Made by a program: the position numbers and the translations under genes
Virus record (IMG/VR): IMGVR_UViG_3300034082_004296
Location: 112,211-176,210 of that record
DNA: 64,000 nucleotides
Reading direction: 5' to 3' (one strand)
From: a virus
Shown: piece by piece, positions 30,196 through 40,821 of the stretch
Position numbering within the stretch: the stretch's first letter is position 1
Layout of the letters: every line of letters starts with the position of its first letter
The notes under the pieces: generated by a model
The model's database searches: none
What the model saw: only the letters and a program-made list of their open reading frames with translations
What the model was told of the DNA's origin: nothing

Positions 30196-31089
30196 TTATA
30201 TTTTTGCTTGGAGCACAATCACTCCACTTGTTATGTTTCCAGTAGAGATTAAATCAAACGAGTTATCGTCTATGTGAGTGACATCGACATCAACTAGAGT
30301 ATTTCCATCTCTAACACTATATACAAAATCTTTAGTACCCAATCCGTGCGTTATTGTAAGAGGCAATAGAGCAGTGGCTGTAAAGTTTTGAACTACTACC
30401 TGAACACTGGTACCAGTCGCTAGGTTCACAATTTTAATTATTCCTGAGCCAAGGTTATTGACCTGTCCTCCAGGAAGAAGTATTAGGGTACCGTTTGCGA
30501 TCACCAATTCTCCATAGTTATCGACGATTCCCTCCACTGTAAAGTTTCCATAAATCCAATACTGATAGTCTGCATCAATCTTTAATGCCTCGTTTGCTGC
30601 GATAACCTTTTTATGTCCTCCGTTTCCTCCAGAAGAACCATATCCGCCAGTAAGACTAACCCATCCTCTATCTTGAAAATATCCAATTAGGTCTTCTCCA
30701 TATATTGGATCTAATCCTGATACTCCAGTATAGACTATTTCTCCTGGTACGCCTACTGCTGGATATGCTGGAAAATCTGTGAATCTTTGTCTCTGTGTCT
30801 CAGCAACATCAACTAATAGTGACTTACCAACGGCATTACCAGCTGAGTTAATCGTAAAAGTCGGAATACTGCTTTGGGAGATCGTGAGTTGATTTGTAAT
30901 CTCTACAAGTTCAAACGTGCCCGAATAGAGTGAAAACGAATTAGTCGTCTCATTATAACTAATGTTATTTAAAAATTCTAGGTTTGCATCTGATATACTC
31001 TTAAAATTCAAGTTAGTTACATCGATGAGCGAAGTTAAGCTTGAATTAGTTAAGCGGCGAATCTTCTCTAAATTGTTATAGATGGCCAT
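30196..31089 (-). CDS. Putative fibre-base/structural protein
   Basis: N-terminal DVTNLNF helix; C-terminal TITHGLGTKD motif typical of fibre modules; late box at 31111-31119 (-). Confidence 0.55.
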   Translation of the reverse strand: MAIYNNLEKIRRLTNSSLTSLIDVTNLNFKSISDANLEFLNNISYNETTNSFSLYSGTFELVEITNQLTISQSSIPTFTINSAGNAVGKSLLVDVAETQRQRFTDFPAYPAVGVPGEIVYTGVSGLDPIYGEDLIGYFQDRGWVSLTGGYGSSGGNGGHKKVIAANEALKIDADYQYWIYGNFTVEGIVDNYGELVIANGTLILLPGGQVNNLGSGIIKIVNLATGTSVQVVVQNFTATALLPLTITHGLGTKDFVYSVRDGNTLVDVDVTHIDDNSFDLISTGNITSGVIVLQAKI

Positions 31090-31162
31090 TCGATAAATAG
31101 TTTATTTTTGTTATTTATCTTTTTAAATAAATAAGAAGATCTATCTTTAGGTATCGTATGTG

Positions 31163-32482
31163 TTAGTGTTTGATAATCTTAGTAGATTGATCTATTTCTG
31201 AATTTAGGGTAAATCTTCCTCGATTTACTAGACATTCAGTAACATTTGCATGTATTGGCTTTGTGTCTGGATTATCTAGAAAGCTTGAACGAATCTCGTT
31301 TGTTACTCCCAAATAATCACAGTCAATGAGTTTAGAAAACTTGATTGAATTATTTGAAAAGATCGAGCACCCTTCTAATTTAGAGTTTCTAATAGTGCAG
31401 TTATCAAAGAGGCAGTCCTTGACGTCTCCCTCGATTTCACAGCCAAAAAATTCAACTCCCTCCAAGAGAATACTTCTCTTGATATTTGCATCCTTTATTT
31501 GAAGTCTTGCTCGACGAGTATCGTAATTCACAATAGCTTCACTGATTCCTCCTCCAATTATTACTCTAAACAGTTTTTCCCTAATTTGAGGGTATACTGA
31601 TTCAAGTAGTCTCTCGTTCGTATTTAAGTCAACATGTAGGTCTATTTCCGGAAATGCTGACCTAAAACCCAATAGTGATTTAGTAGAGTCGATTGCAAAC
31701 CTAAACTCTTTTACCATTTCCGAGATCTTAACCTTTTCCTGATTAGAATAAGTATGGTTTTCAGTTAACGTCTGATAAAGATGTTCGATCACAATGTTTA
31801 ATGTTTCGACAGCTTCCTTCTTTTTTCGAGTATATTCCTTGCCTGAAATATAATTAACGTTAAGTTTGCCGCTAGCTAGTTGAGAAAAATCAGTGGCAAA
31901 AAAATCAGATTCTGGAAATTTTAGCTCGATCGCGTCTCCTCTTTCAACGATCGATTCAGTCAAGATCATGTCATATAGCCGTTTTGGCTGTACGTATTGA
32001 AAGTGATTCTGATAAATTAGCCTATTTTCATTTTCAGGCTGTGGCCATAATTCAAAAAGTCGCTTTTCATCCAGACTTATTAAATATTTAAGGCGATTGA
32101 GCTTTTCCACCCTATTTGGAAGCGCTAATGCCCTTTCATTGAGTTTAATCGTGGTCCTTACTCTACACCGCTCTGTAGTAAAACCTATTGCTTCAATTAT
32201 GTTTGAGACCTTTAGATACATGTGCATGGCTTCCTGATATGGCATGAGGCCGGTGCTGAGTTGCATTTCCTTGTACCCATTAGAATATGTGGGTGCAAGC
32301 TTAAATGTCTCGTTAGTAGCTTTAAAATCACTCTTTATTTCAGTAAACCATTTTACCTTTTTTCCCAATGCTCTAGCAATCTTTGCGGCTGCATCCATTT
32401 TTCTCATAGGAGAAAAGAATTCAAAACAGAATGAGATTTGGGTGTTATCGTATATGTTCTTCTTATCTAAAGATTTAAACAT
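31163..32482 (-). CDS. Amidoligase (COOH-NH2 ligase)-like protein, apparently degenerate, with C-terminal beta-helix
   Basis: ISFCFEF / LAPTYS / MQLSTG / CRVRTTI align by eye to GxExE / xxDxS / ExxT / HxN motifs; C-terminal CLFDNCTIRNSKLEGC repeats; box GATAAATAG at 32502-32510 (-). Confidence 0.55.
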   Translation of the reverse strand: MFKSLDKKNIYDNTQISFCFEFFSPMRKMDAAAKIARALGKKVKWFTEIKSDFKATNETFKLAPTYSNGYKEMQLSTGLMPYQEAMHMYLKVSNIIEAIGFTTERCRVRTTIKLNERALALPNRVEKLNRLKYLISLDEKRLFELWPQPENENRLIYQNHFQYVQPKRLYDMILTESIVERGDAIELKFPESDFFATDFSQLASGKLNVNYISGKEYTRKKKEAVETLNIVIEHLYQTLTENHTYSNQEKVKISEMVKEFRFAIDSTKSLLGFRSAFPEIDLHVDLNTNERLLESVYPQIREKLFRVIIGGGISEAIVNYDTRRARLQIKDANIKRSILLEGVEFFGCEIEGDVKDCLFDNCTIRNSKLEGCSIFSNNSIKFSKLIDCDYLGVTNEIRSSFLDNPDTKPIHANVTECLVNRGRFTLNSEIDQSTKIIKH

Positions 32483-32571
32483 TATTAAGTGTTTCTTTAT
32501 TCTATTTATCTTATGAGATCCTTTTAGGAAATGAAAGTATTAAATTAATAGGCTGAGATTAAAGATATGTG

Positions 32572-32589
32572 AATAAATAAAATAAATAA
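32572..32589 (+). promoter_or_regulatory. Tandem late boxes AATAAATAA x2
   Basis: Directly upstream of ATG 32599. Confidence 0.6.
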
Positions 32590-32598
32590 AGTTGCTAC

Positions 32599-34263
32599 AT
32601 GGCAAAAGTCACAGACAATTTTAAGGTTTTCAATAGGCTCAGCATATATGTTGAGGACCTTTTATCTCAGACCATCAACTACTTGACGTCTAAGTTTAAT
32701 CAGAGTAGGGCAGTATTTACATCAGCCTCACCGTTTGGACAGTTATTATTGGTTGTTGAGAACCTTACACAATTAGTATTCTACTATATAGAAGACTCGA
32801 TCACCGAGTTAAACATTAATGAGGCGACTAGACTAACGTCAGTCTATTCACTAGCCACACTGGCTGGACACAATCCAAGCAGAGCAGTATCTGCGTCTGG
32901 TGAAATCAGCCTGTCAACTAAGGCTGGAGCCGGAGAGCCACCTACTGACTTTGTAATTATACCAAACCTTTCTAGAATAAGGTGTAAGAACAACGGTCTA
33001 ACCTATGTGCTTGACCTTTCACAGGATGAGATCAAGTTTTCATTTAACGGCACAACAAACGGTCTTAAGCTGGGGATCCGTCAGGGAATAATCGAATCCC
33101 AAACAGTCTCAGCTAAGGGCGAACCCATCGAAAGCTTTGCGATAGGTAGCCCACAAAACTACTATATCGATAATTTTATAGTTAACGTTCATGTAAATGG
33201 AGAGCGATGGAGAAAGTACGATTCAATCATTGACATGCCTAGAGGAGACAAGGCATACATGATTAAAACCGGAATGACGAGCGGAGTTGATCTTTTCTTC
33301 GGCAACGGTAATTATGGACTGATTCCGACCAGGGGATCAGATATCTTAGTTGAATACTTGGTGACTGAGGGATCAAACGGAAATATCAGAAGTAACGATT
33401 TGGCCAGTATTAAGTTTGAATTCGTGGACACCGGATTTAGCATATTAGGAGACGAGATAGACTTAAATCAATATATTGAGATCACCACAACAAACGCACC
33501 CTTCTTTGGAACAAATGCTGAGGACTCTAAATTAACCCGTCTTCTTGCACCAAGACAGTCTAAAAGTTTTGCGTTAGTGAATGTTGACCATTATGAGAGC
33601 GTGTTAAGAAAGCTGAAACTTTTCTCCATCATCAATGTTTCAATTGATGAAGTTGATTCTAGGATGTTAAACCTATTTCTTATACCTGATATCCGAAAAA
33701 CATTTAGTGTAGCCCAAGACTATTTTAGCGCCAGTCTTAATAGATTTGTGATGAATGACTATCAAAAGAATCAGCTACTACAATATCTTGAAAAATCAGG
33801 TAGTAAAATGATTTCGACCGATGTTCAGATAATTGATCCGATTCCTAGCGAATACGTCATAAACACCTCTATCATTGTGTTTGATGACGTTTCATCCGAG
33901 ATAATCAAGAGGGACATTCTTAATAATTTAGGTGAATACTTTATTCAAAACACCAGGTTCACCAGGATACCTAAGAGTGACCTGATAAAGATAATTGAGG
34001 AGGTCAATGGAGTAGATTCTGTCTCAATAAATATAGTGTGCAAAAAGAACGAGATCTTAAAGGTGCAGAATCCATCAGCTTCCGATATTGGTCTTGATGA
34101 GTTTAATGATATTATTGTTTCATATCAGGAACTCCCAATAATCCGAGGAGGTTTTACTGATCGATATGGTAATGTTTACTCTGCTGGCATCACGCCAGAC
34201 TCGCTTGGGCCAGTTAACATTCAGATTAAGGAAATAGTTCCTCGACCAAAAAAGGTAAATTAA
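32599..34263 (+). CDS. Baseplate wedge protein (T4 gp6-like)
   Basis: EATRLTSVYSLA.LAGHNP, LFFGNGNYGLIP...ILVEYLVTEGSNGN, ALVNVDHY motifs. Confidence 0.8.
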   Translation: MAKVTDNFKVFNRLSIYVEDLLSQTINYLTSKFNQSRAVFTSASPFGQLLLVVENLTQLVFYYIEDSITELNINEATRLTSVYSLATLAGHNPSRAVSASGEISLSTKAGAGEPPTDFVIIPNLSRIRCKNNGLTYVLDLSQDEIKFSFNGTTNGLKLGIRQGIIESQTVSAKGEPIESFAIGSPQNYYIDNFIVNVHVNGERWRKYDSIIDMPRGDKAYMIKTGMTSGVDLFFGNGNYGLIPTRGSDILVEYLVTEGSNGNIRSNDLASIKFEFVDTGFSILGDEIDLNQYIEITTTNAPFFGTNAEDSKLTRLLAPRQSKSFALVNVDHYESVLRKLKLFSIINVSIDEVDSRMLNLFLIPDIRKTFSVAQDYFSASLNRFVMNDYQKNQLLQYLEKSGSKMISTDVQIIDPIPSEYVINTSIIVFDDVSSEIIKRDILNNLGEYFIQNTRFTRIPKSDLIKIIEEVNGVDSVSINIVCKKNEILKVQNPSASDIGLDEFNDIIVSYQELPIIRGGFTDRYGNVYSAGITPDSLGPVNIQIKEIVPRPKKVN

Positions 34264-34264
34264 C

Positions 34265-34510
34265 ATGGTAAAAAATAGCATATATCGTCCAATCTTTGAA
34301 CGTAGGGAAAAGAGGACAAATGTAGGTTTTGATTATAAGGGTCAGATCCTAAAAAAGACGCTTTCAACTCAAATGTTTGGAGCACATCCTCTTCTTGATT
34401 ATTTACTTCAGCAGGTAGAGAGTATAGTATATGAGTGGGTAGAGGCAGTAAAGCAGATAAAGATCACAGCAAATCCAGCATTGGACAAATACGAAAATAA
34501 AATCAGATAA
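34265..34510 (+). CDS. Small hypothetical (baseplate-associated?) protein
   Basis: 81 aa, tightly coupled to the gp6-like gene. Confidence 0.5.
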   Translation: MVKNSIYRPIFERREKRTNVGFDYKGQILKKTLSTQMFGAHPLLDYLLQQVESIVYEWVEAVKQIKITANPALDKYENKIR

Positions 34511-34514
34511 GTTA

Positions 34515-35249
34515 ATGGGTAGCAACAAATCAGGAATGAGCCGAGAAAATCGTGCTCACCTCAGGGACGAGATACAATCCCTATTGGGATCGATCGGTAC
34601 TGAGTCACATGGAGACATGGTGATTGATAACGAGATCTCTGAAAAGACTAGACCTGAAAGTCCATACGATTTTGAGGAGATGAGTAATCAGTTTACAGTC
34701 AAAGCTAGGGAAATCACTGATTCCCTATTTAAAAACTTTGTGGATATTGGAATTTTTGAAAAAAATGATTATGCTCGACATAAAAAGGAACTAGATACAA
34801 TCAACATCTCAAACCTTTTCTTTCAATTAAAGACAATAAAGATTACAATTATTAAGGTGATGGAGGAAATAACTTCAGGTAACACTCACCCTAGACTAAT
34901 TGAGGTAATGGGTCAGTTACAAGATAAGATGGCCTCGATTACCAAGATGCAGGCAAATTATGTGCTCTTTCTTGAGGACACATATCGTCAGTTAAACTCC
35001 GCTGCTCCAGTAAATCCAGATTCAGAATTTGTAGATTCAAGTTCTACTGAAGGTCAGTTCTTTATTACAGTAGGAACAAAAAATCTAATCAATATCTTAC
35101 CTGGAGAATCAGCGGACGACTCGATTAAAGTACCTACTGGGAGTTTATTGGACCCATCTAATAAATCCGAACTGATGCGGGAAAGAAACATAGAGCTTAA
35201 GAGCGATGAAGCAGACGATGACTTTATGGACATCAGTGAAATAATTTAA
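34515..35249 (+). CDS. Probable terminase small subunit
   Basis: Directly upstream of TerL; helical HPRLIEVMGQL segment resembling T4 gp16-family proteins. Confidence 0.55.
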   Translation: MGSNKSGMSRENRAHLRDEIQSLLGSIGTESHGDMVIDNEISEKTRPESPYDFEEMSNQFTVKAREITDSLFKNFVDIGIFEKNDYARHKKELDTINISNLFFQLKTIKITIIKVMEEITSGNTHPRLIEVMGQLQDKMASITKMQANYVLFLEDTYRQLNSAAPVNPDSEFVDSSSTEGQFFITVGTKNLINILPGESADDSIKVPTGSLLDPSNKSELMRERNIELKSDEADDDFMDISEII

Positions 35250-35253
35250 CTTA

Positions 35254-37233
35254 ATGAAAGACGTCATGACCAATGGTGGCGCTTTTAGCCATCGAAAACT
35301 ATCAAATCTTTCGGGTTCGCCTGAAGATACTAACACTTCACTTTGGACAACTGCTCGTATCAATAAGCTTCTCGATGCGATTGAAAATGACGGATTCGAT
35401 ATTAAAGGTCTGCATAATTCTCCATTTAAAGACAATGATGTTAACTTAAAAAGAGGAAACCTTCCATTTGAATATACGCCAGAAGAAGTAGAAGAACTTA
35501 AAAAGTGTAAAGCTGATGTTCTCTATTTTGCCACTAATTATTGTAAGATTCAAACTGGTGATGGTGTTAAATACATAAAGGATACTGAAGGTCTTCGAGA
35601 TTTTCAAGAACAAATCCTGCAATCTTTTAGAGGAAACAAGTGGAATATCCTAATGGCAAGTCGACAGACCGGTAAATCAGTTACATCAGCTATTTTTATC
35701 TTATGGTTTCTTCTATTCAAATCTGATAAGACTGCCCTAATTGTTGCAGATAATTTTACTACAACTCGAGAGTTAATGGATAAGTTTAGAATCTGTCTTG
35801 ATGGGCTGCCTTTCTTTATGAAGCCTGGAATCAAACATATCAATTCAGGAAACATTAAGTTTGATAACGATAGTCGTATTGTTGGTAGAACGACTACTAA
35901 AAAATCAGGTATCGGTCTTACTGTAAATATCCTATATATTGATGAGTTCGCGCATATCGATGAAGCAAAATTAGATGAATTCTATCGAGCAATCGTTCCT
36001 ACAATCACGGCCGATCCGAATGCAAAAGTAATTATTACTTCTACACCAAACGGTAAAAATAAATTCTATGAGATCTGGGTAGATGCTATTGCTGGAAAAA
36101 GTGACTATGTTCCTCTTAGGGTTGATTGGTGGCAAGTTAAAGGTAGAGACGAGGCATGGAAGCAATCAGTTATCGCAAACCTTGGATCAGTTGAAGACTT
36201 TAACCAGGAATATGGACTCCAATTTTTCTCATCAGACCAATTACTCCTAAACTCTAATGAATTAAAGAGACTCTATAATATCAAGTCAGACTATATAAAT
36301 ACAACATTTGCATTGCCTGAAGAAAAGCAATGGATTAATGACTGTTTTACTGTACACCCAAATTATGCTAAACGTCTCTATCATGATTATAAGAGTGATA
36401 ATGCAAAGTATGTTTTTTCGATCGATACTGCGGATGGAACAGGTGGGGATTATTCAGTCTTAAACATATATAAGATAGTATGCTTACCGATCAATGAGCT
36501 CTTAAAAAAGAAGGAGGCTATTCGAAGCGAGACAGATACTACCTCATTGGTACAGATTGCAACATTTAGAACAAACGAACGGGATATTAACGATTTTGCA
36601 GCAGGCGTAGAGTTTATTACATATGAGCTCTTTAGTTCTGAAAACGTCAGAATAGTGCTTGAGATGAATCACAAAGGGGAGATAATAAAAAATAGGTTAG
36701 AGGACAATGATGCATACTGGCCATCCCAGTTAGTGCACACTAAACACACAGAGATGGCAGTTAACATCAAGCCAGGAATTAGATTAGGTCCGACAAATAA
36801 GATTAAGTATTGTGAAAAGTTTAAATATTTTGTTGAGGTCAAAAAGATCATACCTAATGATTTTCTAACTGTTATGGAACTTATGGCTTTCGGTAAGAGC
36901 AAGGGAGGAACATATCGTGGACAGAATGGCAATGACGATCTTGCGATGACCTGTGTCAATCTTGCACCGGCTCTGGACTCAAACCAGCTTTGGGAACTCT
37001 CTATCGAGACGTATGAAGCTGCCTCTACTGAATATCGAAAGGAGGTTGAGGAAAAGATATTTAGTCTATTTAGATCTGGAGGGAATCGCCCAGCCTTTGA
37101 TTATGATACTCTGCGTGATATTAATTCTCCTCTAAATAACTCAGAAAAAGGAAATAACGATAGGAAACACGTATTTGATCTTCAATCCCTAGAAAAAATG
37201 CAAAAAATTAAGGACAAATTTTTTAAAAGTTAA
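35254..37233 (+). CDS. terL: Terminase large subunit (T4 gp17-like)
   Basis: LRDFQ, Walker A ASRQTGKS, Walker B ILYIDEFAH, TSTPNG, nuclease SIDTADGTGGDYS and NDDLAM. Confidence 0.95.
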   Translation: MKDVMTNGGAFSHRKLSNLSGSPEDTNTSLWTTARINKLLDAIENDGFDIKGLHNSPFKDNDVNLKRGNLPFEYTPEEVEELKKCKADVLYFATNYCKIQTGDGVKYIKDTEGLRDFQEQILQSFRGNKWNILMASRQTGKSVTSAIFILWFLLFKSDKTALIVADNFTTTRELMDKFRICLDGLPFFMKPGIKHINSGNIKFDNDSRIVGRTTTKKSGIGLTVNILYIDEFAHIDEAKLDEFYRAIVPTITADPNAKVIITSTPNGKNKFYEIWVDAIAGKSDYVPLRVDWWQVKGRDEAWKQSVIANLGSVEDFNQEYGLQFFSSDQLLLNSNELKRLYNIKSDYINTTFALPEEKQWINDCFTVHPNYAKRLYHDYKSDNAKYVFSIDTADGTGGDYSVLNIYKIVCLPINELLKKKEAIRSETDTTSLVQIATFRTNERDINDFAAGVEFITYELFSSENVRIVLEMNHKGEIIKNRLEDNDAYWPSQLVHTKHTEMAVNIKPGIRLGPTNKIKYCEKFKYFVEVKKIIPNDFLTVMELMAFGKSKGGTYRGQNGNDDLAMTCVNLAPALDSNQLWELSIETYEAASTEYRKEVEEKIFSLFRSGGNRPAFDYDTLRDINSPLNNSEKGNNDRKHVFDLQSLEKMQKIKDKFFKS

Positions 37234-37241
37234 ATTTTTTT

Positions 37242-37250
37242 TAGTATAAT
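37242..37250 (+). promoter_or_regulatory. Putative -10 element TAGTATAAT (non-late class)
   Basis: Intergenic, upstream of 37283; identical motif at 49403-49411. Confidence 0.45.
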
Positions 37251-37282
37251 AGTACTGAAACCGTTGTATAAACATTAAAACT

Positions 37283-37591
37283 ATGAAGATTCTTAAATTT
37301 CAAGGCGACATCGGGCTTGATGATGTATTCAACCGCCATAAGATAGAGATCTACGACAATCTCTTACAATCTATCAAGAACCATTATCAGGACAATACTT
37401 ATCTTGAGGTGGAGGTGATTAAGATCTCAATCAATGAATCTGAATACACAATAAACTTATCACGGGATAAATTCATAAGTGGGTTGGAGGGAGCAATAAC
37501 TTTTTATGAATCGTGTGAAGAATACGAAAAATGCGCAGATTGTCTAACAATCATTAACACTCTTAAAAAAAATAAAATCATGGAGGCATAA
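37283..37591 (+). CDS. Hypothetical protein with UVR-like C-terminal motif
   Basis: AITFYESCEEYEKCA. Confidence 0.5.
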   Translation: MKILKFQGDIGLDDVFNRHKIEIYDNLLQSIKNHYQDNTYLEVEVIKISINESEYTINLSRDKFISGLEGAITFYESCEEYEKCADCLTIINTLKKNKIMEA

Positions 37592-37594
37592 AAT

Positions 37595-38221
37595 ATGGGG
37601 TATGAACTAAACAACACAAAAATCAATGAAAGAATTCAAGAAATATCTGAAAAACTACTTAAAAAGCAAAATACCGATCGAGAAAAAAATGAGTTAGCTC
37701 GACTCATCTATCCAAAACTTAAATATTATATTTGGAAGTTTTGTAAAAACGAGTTCGATACTGAAGAGGCCCTACAATTTACTCTAAAAAAGATCTTTAA
37801 AAACATTGCCCAGTTTGACTTTGAGAAAGGCAGGTTTACTACCTGGATTTACACAATAGCTCGAAATGAGACTCTACTCTATCTACATCACCTAAAGAAA
37901 AATTCACATTATGATATAGAGACAGTATATACTAAGATCGATAGGCCCGATGAGATAGATGATGGCATAGAGTCATTTACAGATATTGATGATATTTATC
38001 AAACAACGGTTGATGAGATTCTACTTATAGAGGATCCTCTACTCAAGAACATCGCTATCGATAAGATGATTAAGAACAAAAAGGTAAAACAGATAGCAAT
38101 TGACTATGAAATAAACGAAAACACAGTAAAGACCAAATTGCGTAAGATCAGGTCAGACATTAAATTTTCTGTCCTACTTAAAAATCCCCAATTTGAAGAA
38201 AAAATAAAACTAATCCTATGA
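37595..38221 (+). CDS. RNA polymerase sigma factor (sigma-70/ECF-like)
   Basis: Region 2 [18 protein letters not shown]; region 4 [22 protein letters not shown]. Confidence 0.9.
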   Translation: MGYELNNTKINERIQEISEKLLKKQNTDREKNELARLIYPKLKYYIWKFCKNEFDTEEALQFTLKKIFKNIAQFDFEKGRFTTWIYTIARNETLLYLHHLKKNSHYDIETVYTKIDRPDEIDDGIESFTDIDDIYQTTVDEILLIEDPLLKNIAIDKMIKNKKVKQIAIDYEINENTVKTKLRKIRSDIKFSVLLKNPQFEEKIKLIL

Positions 38222-38679
38222 TACTTGATTATATTTCACCAGGTAGAGTATACAAAAAGCTCTCAATATGTTTAGAAGAGCTTGCCAATTATCGAACATT
38301 TAAAAAGATTGTGGTCGAGCTTAATGATGCTGGAAAATTAGACGAGGTCGGGCTAAAGGCTGACTCTAATTCAAACATGTATATTGGAATAAATCTTAAT
38401 CCTGAGCTTCTTCTATATTCAGAGACCTCGCAAGAATCAGTTGAGCTCAAGTTGGTCTCAGAAAAAATGAACAAATACAATGATTTCTTAACTAAGGAAG
38501 GCATACTCGATTCAATTAAAGTCGATTTTGAAAGAGTACAAGACGATTCTTTCTATGGTTACATATTACAAATCAGTTTTAACTTTAAAAAGTATAAAAA
38601 GTCTGACTTAATATATGCAATATCATATTTTTCAACTATTGCACTTTCAATATTGGCTAGCTTATTCTTGCTCCTTTAA
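38218..38679 (+). CDS. Hypothetical protein with C-terminal TM helix
   Basis: [23 protein letters not shown]. Confidence 0.6.
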   Translation: MILDYISPGRVYKKLSICLEELANYRTFKKIVVELNDAGKLDEVGLKADSNSNMYIGINLNPELLLYSETSQESVELKLVSEKMNKYNDFLTKEGILDSIKVDFERVQDDSFYGYILQISFNFKKYKKSDLIYAISYFSTIALSILASLFLLL

Positions 38680-38707
38680 TAAATTAATAAATAAAAAAAT
38701 AAATCTC

Positions 38708-38998
38708 ATGAAAAAATTAAACTCTTTTATAACAAATCACTATCCTAAAATAGTAATATGTTTAATAATTCTTATTTTCTTTAATACTTGTGGAAATCCT
38801 ACCAAGTCTCTAAATAAGAGAGTCGATGCTCTTTCCCAAAAGATTGATTCTCTAGAAAAAGTCACGGTGACTAAAAAAGATCTTAAGATCGAAGGACTTA
38901 AATCTGAAAAAAGAATGATTCAGTCAACTGATCGCAAGATACTTGATGTAAACCGTCAAGCTGAGATTGACAAAGAGATTTCTTCTCTAGAAAAATAA
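38708..38998 (+). CDS. Membrane-anchored/lipoprotein coiled-coil protein (spanin-like candidate)
   Basis: Start reassigned to ATG 38708 after late box 38686-38694; IVICLIILIFFNTC then coiled coil. Confidence 0.5.
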   Translation: MKKLNSFITNHYPKIVICLIILIFFNTCGNPTKSLNKRVDALSQKIDSLEKVTVTKKDLKIEGLKSEKRMIQSTDRKILDVNRQAEIDKEISSLEK

Positions 38999-39004
38999 TC
39001 CAAA

Positions 39005-39835
39005 ATGATGATAAAATGGATAAACCAAAACAAGGAGTCAATAATAAGGGCTGCCTTTCTTATACCTATCTTGTCAGTTGCGATCATCTCAATCTCTCAC
39101 GTAGTTGGATGGTATGACCTAGGTAACCCAATAAACTGGGCTATATACTTATCGATAGCCGTTGAAGTTGCTGCGTTATCTTCAATTGCGGCATCATCAG
39201 TTAGAGTAAAGGGTTTTTCAGTATGGCTTGTATTCATAATAGTTACCCTAATTCAATTCATAGGAAATATCTATTATAGTTATACTGAAATCGACGTTGC
39301 GTCCAAAGAATTTAAGGATTGGGCCGAATTGACTCTACCTCTTTTTGATTCTTTTAGTGATACATCGGACTTAGTCGCTCAACGTCGACTTCTTGCAGTC
39401 CTTGAAGGAGGTCTATTACCGCTAATCTCACTAACCTGCCTACACTTCTTTATTAAATATGGTGATCGAGATCTAGAGCAACCTGTCGTGTATTCAGAAC
39501 AAGATAACCTAGAAGATTCTAAAGAACCTGTTGAGGAATATGAAAAATCTGATTTACAAGAAGAAGCTGATCGAGTTTGGGAAAAGGTTAAAGAACTGAG
39601 AGAAGAAGGTAAGTTACCTATCCTCACTGAAGAGGATCTTGCTGATGAACCAAGCGCTCTAGCTAACTCTCAATATAGATTAGAAGAAGAAAGTCCGTCA
39701 ATTGAAGAAACTGTTAAGTTTGTATCTGATTCAAAAGAATCTCCCAAAAGGTCACAAATGAAGCCCGTAAAGTCTGGAGTATCTTTAACTACTAATAAAT
39801 CGAATACCTACGACAACAACTTGCCTCGTTTTTAA
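39005..39835 (+). CDS. Multi-pass membrane protein with acidic C-terminal tail
   Basis: Four hydrophobic segments in the N-terminal 150 aa. Confidence 0.6.
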   Translation: MMIKWINQNKESIIRAAFLIPILSVAIISISHVVGWYDLGNPINWAIYLSIAVEVAALSSIAASSVRVKGFSVWLVFIIVTLIQFIGNIYYSYTEIDVASKEFKDWAELTLPLFDSFSDTSDLVAQRRLLAVLEGGLLPLISLTCLHFFIKYGDRDLEQPVVYSEQDNLEDSKEPVEEYEKSDLQEEADRVWEKVKELREEGKLPILTEEDLADEPSALANSQYRLEEESPSIEETVKFVSDSKESPKRSQMKPVKSGVSLTTNKSNTYDNNLPRF

Positions 39836-39862
39836 AAAATAAATAATAAAAAACAAGGACAA

Positions 39863-40399
39863 ATGGTACCTAATTTAAACGAGATATGCGAATGCTGTGG
39901 CGGTTATGAAAACCAGCCAATACTTCAATTATTTGATAATAAATGTTTTGGTATCGTTGATGGAAAGGAGATATCTGAAGACTTTTGCTTAAAGGACTTT
40001 GCATTTCCGACTGATGGTTATTCCTGTATTGGCATAACAGTTAAAGAAGGAGGAATAAGTTCAGAAGACATCACACTATTTGACAATGACTTACCTGTCC
40101 CATTGGCAATATTGGAAAGCGGCAAGCCCTATGTTAGAGGAATTTTAGTAAAAGTAACTTATCCAACAAATGATCTAAACTCAGAAGAGATACCAATTTC
40201 TGATAAGAATGTAACGTTAGAAATTACAAGATATAATGGAGACATGACATTCTATCCAATGTATAATTTCTTTTCTATCTTTACTAATCCTAAATCAAAC
40301 GATCCCAGCCAAATAATAAATAAAATAGTACTAAGTAACTCAAATACTAACTATCAAATTAGAGTGTCTGCGTTGATTTTATTTGGAAATGCTCTATAA
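39863..40399 (+). CDS. Hypothetical late protein
   Basis: Late box at 39838-39846. Confidence 0.55.
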   Translation: MVPNLNEICECCGGYENQPILQLFDNKCFGIVDGKEISEDFCLKDFAFPTDGYSCIGITVKEGGISSEDITLFDNDLPVPLAILESGKPYVRGILVKVTYPTNDLNSEEIPISDKNVTLEITRYNGDMTFYPMYNFFSIFTNPKSNDPSQIINKIVLSNSNTNYQIRVSALILFGNAL

Positions 40400-40413
40400 A
40401 AAACTTTAAAGAA

Positions 40414-40821
40414 ATGACTAATTATGCGACTGAAATAATTGAAATTAATGCTGGTGTAAACTACGAGCCTACTTTTATTAGAACAGATAAAAGACTACCT
40501 AGTAATGTACCAACTTCATTAGGCTATTATCAAATTGGTGAGTTTGGTCCTTATGGAAATGCAAAGGGTCCAATCTTTAGAGTTGAATTTGCAGATACTT
40601 CTTCTATTGCTACTGCTTCACATGTTAAGATCTGGGGCTTAGATAACGATGATACGAACGCTCCTCTATATCCAATTGCATACCTTCAAACATGGAGACC
40701 AATCCTAGACATATATGTAAAGAAATTTATCTTTTGTGACTCTGCTGGAGTAGAAGTCGATGAGGAAGGTAATTATACAGTTATTGGATATAAACGAAAA
40801 ACAATTCCTACTGTATTCTAA
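40414..40821 (+). CDS. Hypothetical late protein
   Basis: 135 aa; late box at 40315-40323. Confidence 0.55.
   Translation: MTNYATEIIEINAGVNYEPTFIRTDKRLPSNVPTSLGYYQIGEFGPYGNAKGPIFRVEFADTSSIATASHVKIWGLDNDDTNAPLYPIAYLQTWRPILDIYVKKFIFCDSAGVEVDEEGNYTVIGYKRKTIPTVF

Noticed and set aside
35254-37233. Intein or intron in the terminase
   Set aside because: Motifs are contiguous at normal length; no intein termini or homing endonuclease motifs seen
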